Assembly: GCA_963720415.1 (NCBI GenBank) | Contig: CAVRFQ010000011.1 | Span: 16,169-80,168 of the forward strand | Direction of reading: 5' to 3' | DNA from: an uncultured Solirubrobacteraceae bacterium | GTDB taxonomy: Bacteria > Actinomycetota > Thermoleophilia > Solirubrobacterales > Solirubrobacteraceae | Length of the DNA: 64,000 bases | Shown here: positions 8,199-17,818 of the stretch, one piece after another | Position numbering within the stretch: position 1 is the stretch's first letter | Layout: the number at the start of each line of letters is the position of its first letter | The notes under the pieces: generated by a model | What the model was told of the DNA's origin: nothing | The model's input: the letters and a program-made list of their open reading frames with translations, nothing else | The model's database searches: none | Position numbers and translations under genes: made by a program

Positions 8199-9614
8199 AT
8201 GGCAGCTGGGACATCGGAGCGAGCGACGCTCGCCGTGCTGGAGAAGGCGACGGGAGCGCCGATGGGGGAGGTCGACGTCGCCTCGGTGCAGGACGTCGAC
8301 GCCGCCGTCGAGGCGGCGGTCGCGGCGCAGGCCGAGTGGGCCGCGACGCCCTATGACGTGCGCGCCGGCGTGCTGCGCGCCGCCGCGGCGGCGCTGACCG
8401 CGCGGGCGGCCGAGATCACCGACCTGATCGTGCGCGAGACCGGCTCGATCGCCGGCAAGGCCGAGTACGAGGTCGGCGGCGCCGCCAACGAGCTGTACGA
8501 GGCGGCGGGGCTGACCTCGCGCGCCGTCGGCGAGATCCTCCCGTCGCACAGCCCCGGCCGCTTCAGCCTCGCCCAGCGCATCCCGGTCGGCGTCGTCGCG
8601 GCGATCACGCCGTGGAACTTCCCGCTCATCCTCGGCATGCGCGTGACGGCTCCGGCGCTCGCGCTCGGCAACGCCGTCGTCCTCAAGCCCTCGCCCGAGA
8701 CGCCGCTCTCCGGCGGCATGGTCATCGCCGAGGTGCTGGCCGAGGCGGGGCTGCCCGAGGGCCTGTTCGCCGTCGTCCCCGGCGACCAGGACGTCGGTGA
8801 GCGGCTCGTCGAGCATCCCGGCACCTCGATGATCCACTTCACCGGCTCGAGCGCCGTCGGCGCGCGCATCGCCGCGACCGCCGGCGGCCGGCTCAAGCGC
8901 GTGTCGCTCGAGCTCGGCGGCAACAACGCGCTCGTCGTCCTCGACGACGCCGACCTCGAGCAGGCCGTGATGATCGGCGCCTGGTCGGCCTACCACTACC
9001 AGGGCCAGACCTGCATCACGGCGGGCCGCCACCTCGTCGCCCGCCCGCTCTACGACGCCTATGTGAGCTCGCTCGCCGAGCACGCCGCGGCCATCACGCT
9101 CGGCGACCCGGCGCGCGAGGAGGTCGGCCTCGGGCCGATGATCAACGAGCGCCAGCGCGACCGCGCGCACGGCTTCCTGACGACCTCGGTCGAGCAGGGC
9201 GCGACCGTGGTCGAGGGCGGCACCTACGACGGCCTCTTCTACCGCCCGACGGTGGTCACCGGCGTCGACACCGCGATGCCGCTCTGGAGCGAGGAGATCT
9301 TCGCCCCGATCGCGCCCGTCCTGGCGTTCGACTCCGAGGACGAGGCCGTGCGCCTGGTGAACGACACGCGCTACGGGCTCGTGAACGGCGTGCTCAGCGG
9401 GGACCCCGACCGCGGCCTCCGCCTCGCCGGCCGGTTGCGCTCGGGCATGGTCCACGTCAACGACGCGACCTGCCTCGACGAGGCGCACGTGCCGTTCGGC
9501 GGGCTCGGCGCCTCCGGCCTCGGCGGGCGCGCGGGCGGCGACGCGAACCTCGAGGAGTTCACCGAGCGCCGGTGGGTCTCGCTCCAGCGCGACAGGGCGG
9601 AGTACCCCTACTGA
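8199..9614 (+). CDS. NAD(P)-dependent aldehyde dehydrogenase
   Basis: MAAGTSERATLAVLEKATG.., ITPWNFPL, LELGGNN, catalytic-Cys region YQGQTCIT, EEIFAPI. SD GGAGGAGAGGG just upstream of ATG 8199. Confidence 0.9.
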   Translation: MAAGTSERATLAVLEKATGAPMGEVDVASVQDVDAAVEAAVAAQAEWAATPYDVRAGVLRAAAAALTARAAEITDLIVRETGSIAGKAEYEVGGAANELYEAAGLTSRAVGEILPSHSPGRFSLAQRIPVGVVAAITPWNFPLILGMRVTAPALALGNAVVLKPSPETPLSGGMVIAEVLAEAGLPEGLFAVVPGDQDVGERLVEHPGTSMIHFTGSSAVGARIAATAGGRLKRVSLELGGNNALVVLDDADLEQAVMIGAWSAYHYQGQTCITAGRHLVARPLYDAYVSSLAEHAAAITLGDPAREEVGLGPMINERQRDRAHGFLTTSVEQGATVVEGGTYDGLFYRPTVVTGVDTAMPLWSEEIFAPIAPVLAFDSEDEAVRLVNDTRYGLVNGVLSGDPDRGLRLAGRLRSGMVHVNDATCLDEAHVPFGGLGASGLGGRAGGDANLEEFTERRWVSLQRDRAEYPY

Positions 9615-11203
9615 TGGACCCCGACGTCCTCATCATCGGCGCCGGCCCGTCGGGGGCCGTCACCGCCCTGCGGCTCGCGCAGGACGGCTTCAAGGTCACT
9701 GTGCTGGAGCAGGGCGACTGGCCGGACTACTCGAAGGCGAAGGTCGCCGAGCCGGAGTTCGCCGTGACCGCCGATCGCGACTGGGGCTGGGATCCCAACA
9801 TGCGCGCGGCGCCCGGCGACTACCCCATCGACGAGTCCGAGTCCGACATCACGGCGCTGATGTGGAACGGCGTCGGCGGCGGCACCGTCGTCTACGCGGC
9901 CCAGTGGCAGCGCAACATGCCGTCGGACTTCCGCGTGAAGAGCCTCGACGGCGTCGCCGACGACTGGCCGTTCACGTACGACGACCTCGAGCCCTACTAC
10001 GTCCGCGTGGAGCGCGACTTCGGCGTCTCCGGCCTGGCCGGAGACACCGCGTTCCCGCCCGGCGCCGGCCCGCCGCTGCCGCCGGTCCCGCTCGGCGCGA
10101 TGGGCCGCAAGGTCGCCAAGGCCCACAACGAGCTCGGCTGGCACTGGTGGCCGGCCCCGCTGGCCATCGCCACGCGCCCGTACGGCGCGCTCAACCCGTG
10201 CGTCCAGCGCGCCACCTGCCTCAACGCGTGCGCCGACGGCGCCAAGGCCAGCGTGGACCGCACGCACTGGCCGCGCGCGCTCGACCTCGGCGTCAACCTC
10301 ATCACGGGCGCGCGCGTCCGCACGCTCACCGAGCGGCCCGACGGCCTGGTCGGCGGCGCGATCTACCTCGACGCGGACGGCGCCGAGCACGAGATCAGCG
10401 CCCCGGTCACCGTGCTCGCCGCGAACGGCATCGGCACCCCGCGGCTGCTGCTCATCTCGGGCCTGGCGAACTCCTCGGGCCTGGTCGGCAAGCGGCTCAT
10501 GATGCATCCGTTCGGCACCGTCGTGGGGCTGTTCGAGGACGACCTCGGCTCGACGCAGGGCCCGTGGGGCCAGCACCTGCACTCGCTCGAGTTCTACGAG
10601 ACGGGCGCCGACCGCGGCTTCGTGCGCGGGGCCAAGTGGGGCCTGCAGCCGACCGGCGGCCCGCTGAAGATGACCACCGCGTACCCCTGGGGCGCCGAGA
10701 ACTCGATCTGGGGCCCGGGCTTCCACGAGAACGTGCGCAAGCGCCTCGGCCACTCGGCGATGTGGGGGATCATCGCCGAGGACCTCCCGGAGGAGCACAA
10801 CCGGGTGGAGCTGGACCCGGTGAGCACCGACCGCCAGGGCGTCCCGGCGGCCAAGATCGTCTACCGGATGAACCAGAACTCCTACGACCTCATGCACTTC
10901 CACGAGGCGCGGGCGAAGGAGTCGCTGGAGGCCGCGGGCGCCTACGAGACGGTGATCGCGCCGTTCATCCGCTCCACCGGCTGGCACCTGCTCGGCACGT
11001 GCCGGATGGGCGACGACCCCGCCACGTCCGTGGTCGACGGCTACGGCCGCAGCCACGACGTCCCGAACCTCTTCGTGGTCGACGGCAGCACCTGGCCGAC
11101 CTCCTCCGGCATGAATCCGACGGCGACGATCGCGGCGATGGCGCTGCGCTCGGCCGAGCACCTGATCGAGACCCGCTCCACGATGAAGGCGGCCGCGGCA
11201 TGA
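9614..11203 (+). CDS. GMC-family FAD oxidoreductase
   Basis: MDPDVLIIGAGPSGAVTALRLAQDGFKVTVLEQG (FAD fold). C-terminal HLLGTCRMGDDPATSVVD..VPNLFVVDGSTWPT. ATG 9614 overlaps upstream TGA (TGATG). Confidence 0.9.
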   Translation: MDPDVLIIGAGPSGAVTALRLAQDGFKVTVLEQGDWPDYSKAKVAEPEFAVTADRDWGWDPNMRAAPGDYPIDESESDITALMWNGVGGGTVVYAAQWQRNMPSDFRVKSLDGVADDWPFTYDDLEPYYVRVERDFGVSGLAGDTAFPPGAGPPLPPVPLGAMGRKVAKAHNELGWHWWPAPLAIATRPYGALNPCVQRATCLNACADGAKASVDRTHWPRALDLGVNLITGARVRTLTERPDGLVGGAIYLDADGAEHEISAPVTVLAANGIGTPRLLLISGLANSSGLVGKRLMMHPFGTVVGLFEDDLGSTQGPWGQHLHSLEFYETGADRGFVRGAKWGLQPTGGPLKMTTAYPWGAENSIWGPGFHENVRKRLGHSAMWGIIAEDLPEEHNRVELDPVSTDRQGVPAAKIVYRMNQNSYDLMHFHEARAKESLEAAGAYETVIAPFIRSTGWHLLGTCRMGDDPATSVVDGYGRSHDVPNLFVVDGSTWPTSSGMNPTATIAAMALRSAEHLIETRSTMKAAAA

Positions 11204-11565
11204 AGCACCTCGACGCCCTCGCCGACCAGCTGATCCCGGCCGCGGACGGCATGCCGTCGGCGAGCGAGGCGGGCGCCACCGGGCGCTGGCTCGACGCCGT
11301 GCTCGAGGCGCGCCCCGACCTGCGGGCGCCGCTCGAGGCGCTCGAGGCGTGCCGCGACGAGTCGATCGCCGCGCTGCCCGAGCGCGACCCGGCGGGCTGG
11401 GCGGCGCTCACGTCCGCCGTCGTCGCCGCGTACTACTTCAACCCGGAGGTGTGCGAGCGGATCGGGTACGAAGGCCAGCGCGCGCTGCCGCTGGGCCCGC
11501 CGGATCACGAGGAGCTGCTGGTGTCCGTGGCCTCCCGGGGTCCGGTGTATCGTCCGGCCCCTTGA
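11200..11565 (+). CDS. gluconate 2-dehydrogenase subunit-3-like small subunit
   Basis: MKHLDALADQLIPAADGMPSASEAGATGRWLDAVLEARPDL.. resembles the small partner subunit of GMC dehydrogenases. ATGA overlap with the GMC stop. Confidence 0.7.
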   Translation: MKHLDALADQLIPAADGMPSASEAGATGRWLDAVLEARPDLRAPLEALEACRDESIAALPERDPAGWAALTSAVVAAYYFNPEVCERIGYEGQRALPLGPPDHEELLVSVASRGPVYRPAP

Positions 11566-12578
11566 CGTTCCGCCTCGCGGACCCTGAGAGCCGGTACGCC
11601 GCGGTCCGGCTGAGCTCGGACCTCCCGCTCTCGGACGAGGAGCGCTCGTTCACGCGCGCCGGCGACGAGTGGGTGCTCGAGATCGACCTGCCGCACCTCG
11701 CCCGGCTGGAGTACGAGCTGCAGGTGATCGGCGCCGACGGGGCGAGCGAGCACGTCCTCGACCCGGCGAACCCGCACCGCGCGCCCGGCGCCTTCGGTGA
11801 GAGGTCGGTCGTGCTCGCGCCCGGGTACGAGGCCCCGGCCTGGCTCTCCGCCCCGGTCGTCGAGGGCGCGTACTCCGAGTTCGCGATCCGCGGCCGCGGC
11901 CTCGGCGCCGCGGTGCACGGGTGGCTCTGGAGCCCGGTCGACGCGCCGCCCGAGCAGCCGCTCCCGCTGCTCGTGGCCCACGACGGCCCCGAGTACGACA
12001 AGCTCGCCGGGCTCACGCGCTACGCCGCCGGGCAGATCGCGGCCGGCACGCTGCCGCCGCACCGCGTCGCGCTGCTCGACCCCGGCCTGCGCAACGAGTG
12101 GTACTCGGCCTCCGCGCTCTACTCGCGGGCGCTCTATGTCGACGTGATCCCCGGCCTCAAGGAGGCGGTCGCCGTCGCGGGCCGCCCGGTCGGCATGGGC
12201 GCGAGCCTCGGCGCGCTCGCCATGCTCGTCGTCCAGCGCCGCGCGCCAGGCACCTTCGCCGGGCTGTTCCTGCAGTCGGGCAGCTTCTTCATCCCGCGCT
12301 TCGACTCCCAGGAGTCCGCCTTCCCGCGCTACGCGCGGATCGTGCGCGTGGTGCGGCGGATCCTGCGCGCCGGCGAGCATCCCGAGCCGCTGCCCGTCGC
12401 GCTGACGTGCGGCACCGCCGAGGAGAACGTGTTCAACAACCGCGTCATGGCCCGCGCGCTCGCCGGCCAGGGCTACGACGCGCGGCTCGACGAGGTCCCC
12501 GACATGCACAACTACACCGGCTGGCGCGACGCGTTCGATCCGCACCTGACGCGGCTTCTCGCAAGGATGTGGACATGA
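11562..12578 (+). CDS. esterase-family protein (enterochelin-esterase-like)
   Basis: Tail of ORF 11349..12578. N-terminal beta-domain, then PLLVAHDGPEY..GMGASLGALAM (GxSxG). TTG 11562 overlaps upstream TGA. Confidence 0.8.
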   Translation: MTFRLADPESRYAAVRLSSDLPLSDEERSFTRAGDEWVLEIDLPHLARLEYELQVIGADGASEHVLDPANPHRAPGAFGERSVVLAPGYEAPAWLSAPVVEGAYSEFAIRGRGLGAAVHGWLWSPVDAPPEQPLPLLVAHDGPEYDKLAGLTRYAAGQIAAGTLPPHRVALLDPGLRNEWYSASALYSRALYVDVIPGLKEAVAVAGRPVGMGASLGALAMLVVQRRAPGTFAGLFLQSGSFFIPRFDSQESAFPRYARIVRVVRRILRAGEHPEPLPVALTCGTAEENVFNNRVMARALAGQGYDARLDEVPDMHNYTGWRDAFDPHLTRLLARMWT

Positions 12579-13312
12579 CCCGGCACGCCGAGCTCTTCTC
12601 GCCCGCCATCGGGGCGTCGGGCAACGTGGTCGTCCACGGCCACTACGGCCGCCCCGTGCTCGCCTTCCCCGCCGAGGGCGGCAGCGCCTGGGACTACGAC
12701 CACGAGGGGATGGTCGCCGCCGTCCGCGAGCTGATCGAGGGCGGCCGCCTCAAGCTCTACTGCGTCGACGCGTTCGACGCCGCGACGTGGTCGAACCGCG
12801 CGCTGCCGCTGGAGGAGCGCGCCCGCACCCACGGCCGCTACGAGTCGTGGATCCTCGACCAGGTCGTCCCGTTCATCCAGGAGGACTCCTCCACGCACGA
12901 GGTCATCACGACCGGCGCGAGCCTCGGCGCGTACCACGCGGTGAACTTCGCGCTCAAGCGCGCCGATCTGTTCCCGGTTGCGATCGGGCTATCCGGAAAC
13001 TACGACCCTGCGACCTGGGACGCGTGGGGAGAGCGCGGAGAGGCCGTCTACTTCAACAACCCGATGGACTACGTCACCCACCTGCACGGCGATCACCTGG
13101 ACTGGCTGCGCTCGCGGCTCAGCCTGCTGCTGGTCTGCGGCCAGGGCATGTGGGAGGACACCACGGGATCGCTGGACGGCACCAAGCGCCTTGCCGCGCT
13201 GCTCGGGGAGAAGGGCATCCGGCACGAGCTCGACCTCTGGGGCCACGACGTCCCGCACGACTGGCCGTCGTGGCGCGCCCAGATGGCCCATCATCTCCCC
13301 CGGTTCTGCTGA
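12575..13312 (+). CDS. esterase-family protein
   Basis: MTRHAELFSPAIGASGNVVVHGHYGRPVLAFPAEGG..TTGASLGAYHAVNFALK (GxSxG). ATGA overlap with upstream stop. Confidence 0.8.
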   Translation: MTRHAELFSPAIGASGNVVVHGHYGRPVLAFPAEGGSAWDYDHEGMVAAVRELIEGGRLKLYCVDAFDAATWSNRALPLEERARTHGRYESWILDQVVPFIQEDSSTHEVITTGASLGAYHAVNFALKRADLFPVAIGLSGNYDPATWDAWGERGEAVYFNNPMDYVTHLHGDHLDWLRSRLSLLLVCGQGMWEDTTGSLDGTKRLAALLGEKGIRHELDLWGHDVPHDWPSWRAQMAHHLPRFC

Positions 13313-14559
13313 TGAGCGACACGCGACACCTGATCGGGCTCCTGCTCGGCACCGAGGAGGACTGGCCGCGCGCCTTCGAGACGCTGCTGGACCGCGTCGG
13401 CCCGGTCAAGGACGCGTCCGGCACCACGCATCGCGTCGACGTCGAGCGGATCACCATCGAGCCCTTCGACCTGCGCGACAAGCCGCGCTACGACCTCGTG
13501 GTCGACCGCCTCGCCTACTGGTACTTCGTCCCGCGCGAGTGGCTGAAGAAGGTCTCGCTGATGGACGACGTGTACCTGCTCAACAGCCCGTTCACGTTCC
13601 AGTCGATGGAGAAGCACGCCGCGTACTGCGCGATGCTGCGGCTCGGGCTCAAGGTCCCGCAGACCGTGCTGATCCCGCAGAAGGTCCCGCCCGACAACGA
13701 GCGCTTCGCGTACACCGCGGCCAAGTACAACCAGCCGTTCGACCTCGAGGAGATCGCCGCCCGGATCGGCTACCCGCTGTTCATGAAGCCCTATGACGGC
13801 GGCCAGTGGGTCGGCGTGACCCACATCTCCGGGCCCGAGGAGCTCAAGCGCGCGTACGACGAGTCCGGCCAGCGGCTCATGCACCTGCAGGCGGCGGTCG
13901 ACGGCTTCGACGTCTTCGCCCGCTCGCTCTCGATCGGCGCCGAGACGATGGTCATGAAGTTCCGCCCCGACCTCCCGATGCACGACCGCTACGCGGTCTC
14001 GCACGACTTCCTCACGCCGGAGACGGGCGAAGAGGTGCTGACGATCAGCCGCCTCATCAACGCGTTCTTCCGCTGGGAGTTCAACTCGTGCGAGACGCTC
14101 GTGCGCGGGACCGAGGCGCACCCGATCGACTACGCCAACGCGTCGCCCGACGTGGCGGTCACCAGCCTGCACTACTACTTCCCGTGGGCGATGTCGGCGC
14201 TCCTGCGCTGGTGCATCTTCTGCGTCGTCACCGGCCGCGAGCCGCGGATGGACCTCGACACCCGGCACTACTTCGAGATCGGCGACCGCGAGGACCTCAC
14301 CTACGAGGAGAAGCTCGCTGCCTATCGCAAGCTCGCCGACGAGTACTTCGAGGTCGAGCGCTATCAGGACTTCTGCGACAGCCGGCTGCCGCACGTCGAC
14401 GAGCTGGTCTATGAATGGGTCTCATCCGCCGACTTCGACAACCTCCTCCTCGAGACGGTCACGAGCACCTACCCCAGGCATGAGCAGGAGCAGTTCATCG
14501 CACACTTCCGAGGCCTGATCGGGCAGTGGGTGCGCGAGCGGCAGCCGACGCCTGGGTGA
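13312..14559 (+). CDS. ATP-grasp-like protein of unknown function
   Basis: MSDTRHLIGLLLGTEEDWPRAFE..IGYPLFMKPYDGGQWVGVTHISGPEELKRAYDESG..MHLQAAV.. with a long C-terminal extension. TGATG overlap with upstream stop. Confidence 0.8.
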   Translation: MSDTRHLIGLLLGTEEDWPRAFETLLDRVGPVKDASGTTHRVDVERITIEPFDLRDKPRYDLVVDRLAYWYFVPREWLKKVSLMDDVYLLNSPFTFQSMEKHAAYCAMLRLGLKVPQTVLIPQKVPPDNERFAYTAAKYNQPFDLEEIAARIGYPLFMKPYDGGQWVGVTHISGPEELKRAYDESGQRLMHLQAAVDGFDVFARSLSIGAETMVMKFRPDLPMHDRYAVSHDFLTPETGEEVLTISRLINAFFRWEFNSCETLVRGTEAHPIDYANASPDVAVTSLHYYFPWAMSALLRWCIFCVVTGREPRMDLDTRHYFEIGDREDLTYEEKLAAYRKLADEYFEVERYQDFCDSRLPHVDELVYEWVSSADFDNLLLETVTSTYPRHEQEQFIAHFRGLIGQWVRERQPTPG

Positions 14560-15354
14560 CCGGCAGCACCGTCCAGTCCGGGTGGCCGGGCATCGGCGGC
14601 GTCGTCGTCCCGTAGACCCACGCCCGCAGGAACGAGCGCAGGTCGCGACCGGAGACCTTCGAGGCGAGCGCGATGAAGTCGCCGGTCGAGGCCGACTCGC
14701 CCTCGTAGCGCCGCAGCCACTCGTGCTCGACGCGGTCGAACGCGCGCTGACCGATCTTCTGGCGCAGCGCGTAGAGCACGAGCGCCCCGCCTGGATAGAC
14801 GTTCCGGCGGGCACGTCGAGCGCGAAGGAGAACGTCGCCTTGTCGCTCGGGTGGTCGTTGGACGGGAAGATGTCGTGCGCGAGGTCCGGCTGCGCCGACA
14901 TGGCGGTGCCGTCCGGCGTCACGAAGAACGCCACGCTGACGTCGGCGTCGGTCGGCACCGCGGTGAAGCGCGCGCGGACCACGAAGACCTCGTGGTCGCG
15001 CAGCGCCCGCCCGGGCGTGACGACCAGCTCCTCGCCGGCGCGGGTCCAGCTCGCGGCGCGTCCGTCGACCGTGACGCCGGCGACGCTCTCGCCGGCGAAG
15101 TCGAGGTTGAAGCGTGAGAGGGCCTGCGTCGCGCGCGCGACGATGGTGACCCTCCCGTCGATGGGCTGCGCCGGCGCGCTGGTCGCGTAGCGCAGGTCGA
15201 GGTGGTAGTGGAGGGCGTCGTAGCCCCCGTTCCCCAGGCCGGGGAAGAGCCGGTCGTCCACGCTCGCGGCGCCGGGCGTCGGCCGCTGCGAGGCGGCGGC
15301 CGGCGTGACGGATACGGCGAGGAGGACGGCGGCGAGCACGATGGCGTACCGCAT
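14495..15354 (-). pseudogene. M1-family metallopeptidase with catalytic core deleted
   Basis: Signal peptide MRYAIVLAAVLLAVSVTPAAAS, then the M1 N-terminal domain (DRLFPGLGNGGYDALHYHLDLRY..ATFSFALDVPAG). The frame then changes and continues as the M1 C-terminal region (NVYPGGALVLYALRQKIGQRAFDRVEHEWLRRYEGESASTGDFIAL..MPGHPDW, ORF 14495..15367). No GxMEN/HExxH segment lies between them. Junction at about 14800-14806. Confidence 0.65.
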
Positions 15355-15370
15355 CGGCCGACGCCAACCG

Positions 15371-15400
15371 GCCGCCGCCCCTCCGGTGAAGGGCGGCGGC
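15371..15400 (-). terminator. GC hairpin after M14 gene (GCCGCCGCCC-10 nt-GGGCGGCGGC)
   Basis: 10-bp perfect stem located 22 nt after the M14 stop (15422-15424) on the minus strand. No U-tract. Confidence 0.4.
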
Positions 15401-15421
15401 ACGATTCCGGACCCCGATTAC

Positions 15422-17782
15422 TCAGTCGGCCCGAACGCAGGAGTCGCGCAGGTCCAGCTCGCGGCGCTCGCCGCGGGCGACGGCCACCTGGCGGGCCGAG
15501 CGGATGGTGCCGTCGGCGTCCTCGCAGAACAGCGTCCAGGTCTCCGCCCGGGCCGGCTGGAACGCCTCCGGGCCCTCGAAGGTCACGCTGCCGGTCCACG
15601 GCTCCGCGCCCGCGAAGTTGACCACCCGGACGACGTACTCGCCGGGCCGCGGATCGCCGAGCACGACCTGCTCGAAGCTCGTCGTGCCCTGGGCCGAGCT
15701 GCCGACCTCGACGCCGTCGCGCAGCACGCGGACGTCGTAGTCGCTGACGGGCGAGGGCCACTCCACGCGGATCGTGGCCCGCGCGTTGTCGATCCCCTCA
15801 CCGGCCGGGACCGTGATCACGTGGTCTTCGTAACACGTCTCCGGCGGGTCGTCGAAGTTCGCGCACGGGGTCGACTCGCCGCGCGGGGCGAACGACGCCG
15901 GCGGGCTCGGGTCGCCCGTCGCCTCGCGGCCGCGCTCCTGCGCCACCAGCGGGCGGGTCGACTGGTTCACGTGCCACTCGAACGCCCCGTCCTCGCCGGC
16001 CTGCATCGTGCTGTCGAGCGTGTCGGTGAACGTCGTGTCCTGCGACGTCGGGGTCTCGAACGTCTTGCGCAGGCGCAGCACCGCGCCCGCGGGCGCCGTG
16101 CCCGTGAGGACCGCGTGCTTGGACGCGTCGGCCGTGCTCTCCTGCGCGAGGAAGTACGCGGCCCGGTTGCCGCCCTCGTACTCGGCGACCGTCTCCGCGA
16201 ACGGCGGGTGGAAGTGCTCCGGCCCGATCTCGAACGTGAAGCCGAGGCCGCCGGTGGCGTAGTAGCTCCAGTCCTCGGTCGTGCCGGTGGTGTCGTAGAG
16301 CTGGTAGCTGAGCTGGCTCGCGTAGCCGTTCTCGGCGGCCATCGCGTCGCCCAGCGCCTTGTAGATCGGCTCGTCCGGCGTGAGGCCCTGGGCCTGGATC
16401 CCGGGCGGGCGCAGCACGAGGTTGGAGAACGTGTGGTTGGTGATCAGCGTGGTCACCTGGCGCGACGCGACCAGGTCGCGCACGTTCCGGGTCTCCGGCT
16501 CGGAGAACGGACCGGTGCCCCAGTAGGTCTCGTTGGTCGGGTCGCCGGACGCGCCGGCGCCGCCCCAGAAGCCGCCGTAGTTGCGGTTGGGGTCCACGCC
16601 CGCGCTGGCGAGGCCGAACGCCGGCTGCAGGCAGCTGCCGGCCGCTTCGCCGGTGACCAGGCGGCAGTTCTTGCGCCGGTACTCGTTCGGGTGGGTGAGG
16701 ATGTTGATGGTCTCCTCGTCCGCGGTGCCGCCACGCCCGTCGCCGGCGCCGTAGAGCTCGCCGGCCTCGCGCGAGGCGTTGAAGCCGTCGGGGTTCACGA
16801 CCGGGACGACGATCGTGCGCGTCGTCTCGACCAGCCGCCGCGTCCTGGCGTCGCCGCGGCGATGGCCGAGGATCAGCTCGTACGCCCACTCGATCGCGTG
16901 CTCGGCCGACGGCCACTCGCGCGCGTGGTGCGCGCCCATCTGCAGGAACACCGGCTTGCCGTCACGCGCGCCCGGGTTCGTCGTGATCTCGATGCCCTCG
17001 ACCGGGCGCCCCTCGTACGTCGCGTGGTTGAGCGTGATCGGCTTGACGAGGTCCGGGTGCTCGCGCGCGAGGCGCTTCATGTCCTCGCCGTAGTCGAACA
17101 GCCGGCGGTACGTCGTGCGCCCGCTGGGAAGCTCGGAAGCGGTCGTCGTGGCGTCGAACGCCGCGTCGGCCCGGCGGTCGCGGCGGCCCTGCGCCGTGAG
17201 GTCCGCGATCCGCGTCGTGAAGGAGAAGCCCGCGGCGCGCAGCCTCTGCGCGTCCGCCGCGCCGTGCAGCACCACGTCGAGGAAGCCGTCGCCGCCGTGC
17301 TCCGTGACGTCGAGCCCCGAGCTCGCGAGCTGCTGGGCGCGCTCGCGCGTCGGCGTGGCCACGCGCACGAGCGAGGCCGGCTCGGCGCTGCCGGCCCGCA
17401 CGCGCTCGGTGGCGACGTCGAGCGACGCGCTGCCGGCGCCGCCGGAGAGCCGGCACGCCTGCACGGTCAGCGTCGCGGCGCCGGTCACGAAGCCCTGCGC
17501 GAGCTCGCGGCCGCCGCGGTAGGCCGAGCCCGCGACCAGCCGGCCGGTCAGCGTGTCGAACACGGCCAGGTCCCAGTCTCCGGCGCCGCCGTCGAGCCGG
17601 GCGGTGACCGTGCCCGCGCCGGCGGCGAGGATCGTCCGTTGCGCGTACCCGCCGCCGGCGCGCAAGAGCTTCGCCGTGCAGCTGCGCTCGACCGCCGTGG
17701 GCACCGTCACCGTCGCGGCGCTCGCGGGCGCCGCGCAGACCAGCGCCGCCGCCACGGCCGCCGGGAAGAGGAGTCGTCTCAT
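15422..17782 (-). CDS. secreted M14-family zinc carboxypeptidase with N-terminal PPC-like domain
   Basis: Signal peptide MRRLLFPAAVAAALVCAAPASA. M14 motifs QMGAHHAREWPS and IVVPVVNPDGF. 786 aa. Confidence 0.9.
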   Translation of the reverse strand: MRRLLFPAAVAAALVCAAPASAATVTVPTAVERSCTAKLLRAGGGYAQRTILAAGAGTVTARLDGGAGDWDLAVFDTLTGRLVAGSAYRGGRELAQGFVTGAATLTVQACRLSGGAGSASLDVATERVRAGSAEPASLVRVATPTRERAQQLASSGLDVTEHGGDGFLDVVLHGAADAQRLRAAGFSFTTRIADLTAQGRRDRRADAAFDATTTASELPSGRTTYRRLFDYGEDMKRLAREHPDLVKPITLNHATYEGRPVEGIEITTNPGARDGKPVFLQMGAHHAREWPSAEHAIEWAYELILGHRRGDARTRRLVETTRTIVVPVVNPDGFNASREAGELYGAGDGRGGTADEETINILTHPNEYRRKNCRLVTGEAAGSCLQPAFGLASAGVDPNRNYGGFWGGAGASGDPTNETYWGTGPFSEPETRNVRDLVASRQVTTLITNHTFSNLVLRPPGIQAQGLTPDEPIYKALGDAMAAENGYASQLSYQLYDTTGTTEDWSYYATGGLGFTFEIGPEHFHPPFAETVAEYEGGNRAAYFLAQESTADASKHAVLTGTAPAGAVLRLRKTFETPTSQDTTFTDTLDSTMQAGEDGAFEWHVNQSTRPLVAQERGREATGDPSPPASFAPRGESTPCANFDDPPETCYEDHVITVPAGEGIDNARATIRVEWPSPVSDYDVRVLRDGVEVGSSAQGTTSFEQVVLGDPRPGEYVVRVVNFAGAEPWTGSVTFEGPEAFQPARAETWTLFCEDADGTIRSARQVAVARGERRELDLRDSCVRAD

Positions 17783-17818
17783 GCCCGCGGGAACGCGCGC
17801 GGGCGCGGAAACTGGCGC

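Noticed and set aside
9608-11161. 517-aa minus-strand ORF, and similar antisense ORFs (8163..9488, 11505..12545, 13291..14394, 39094..40569, 47351..48826, 55948..58119)
   Set aside because: All are low-complexity antisense shadows of well-supported plus-strand genes.
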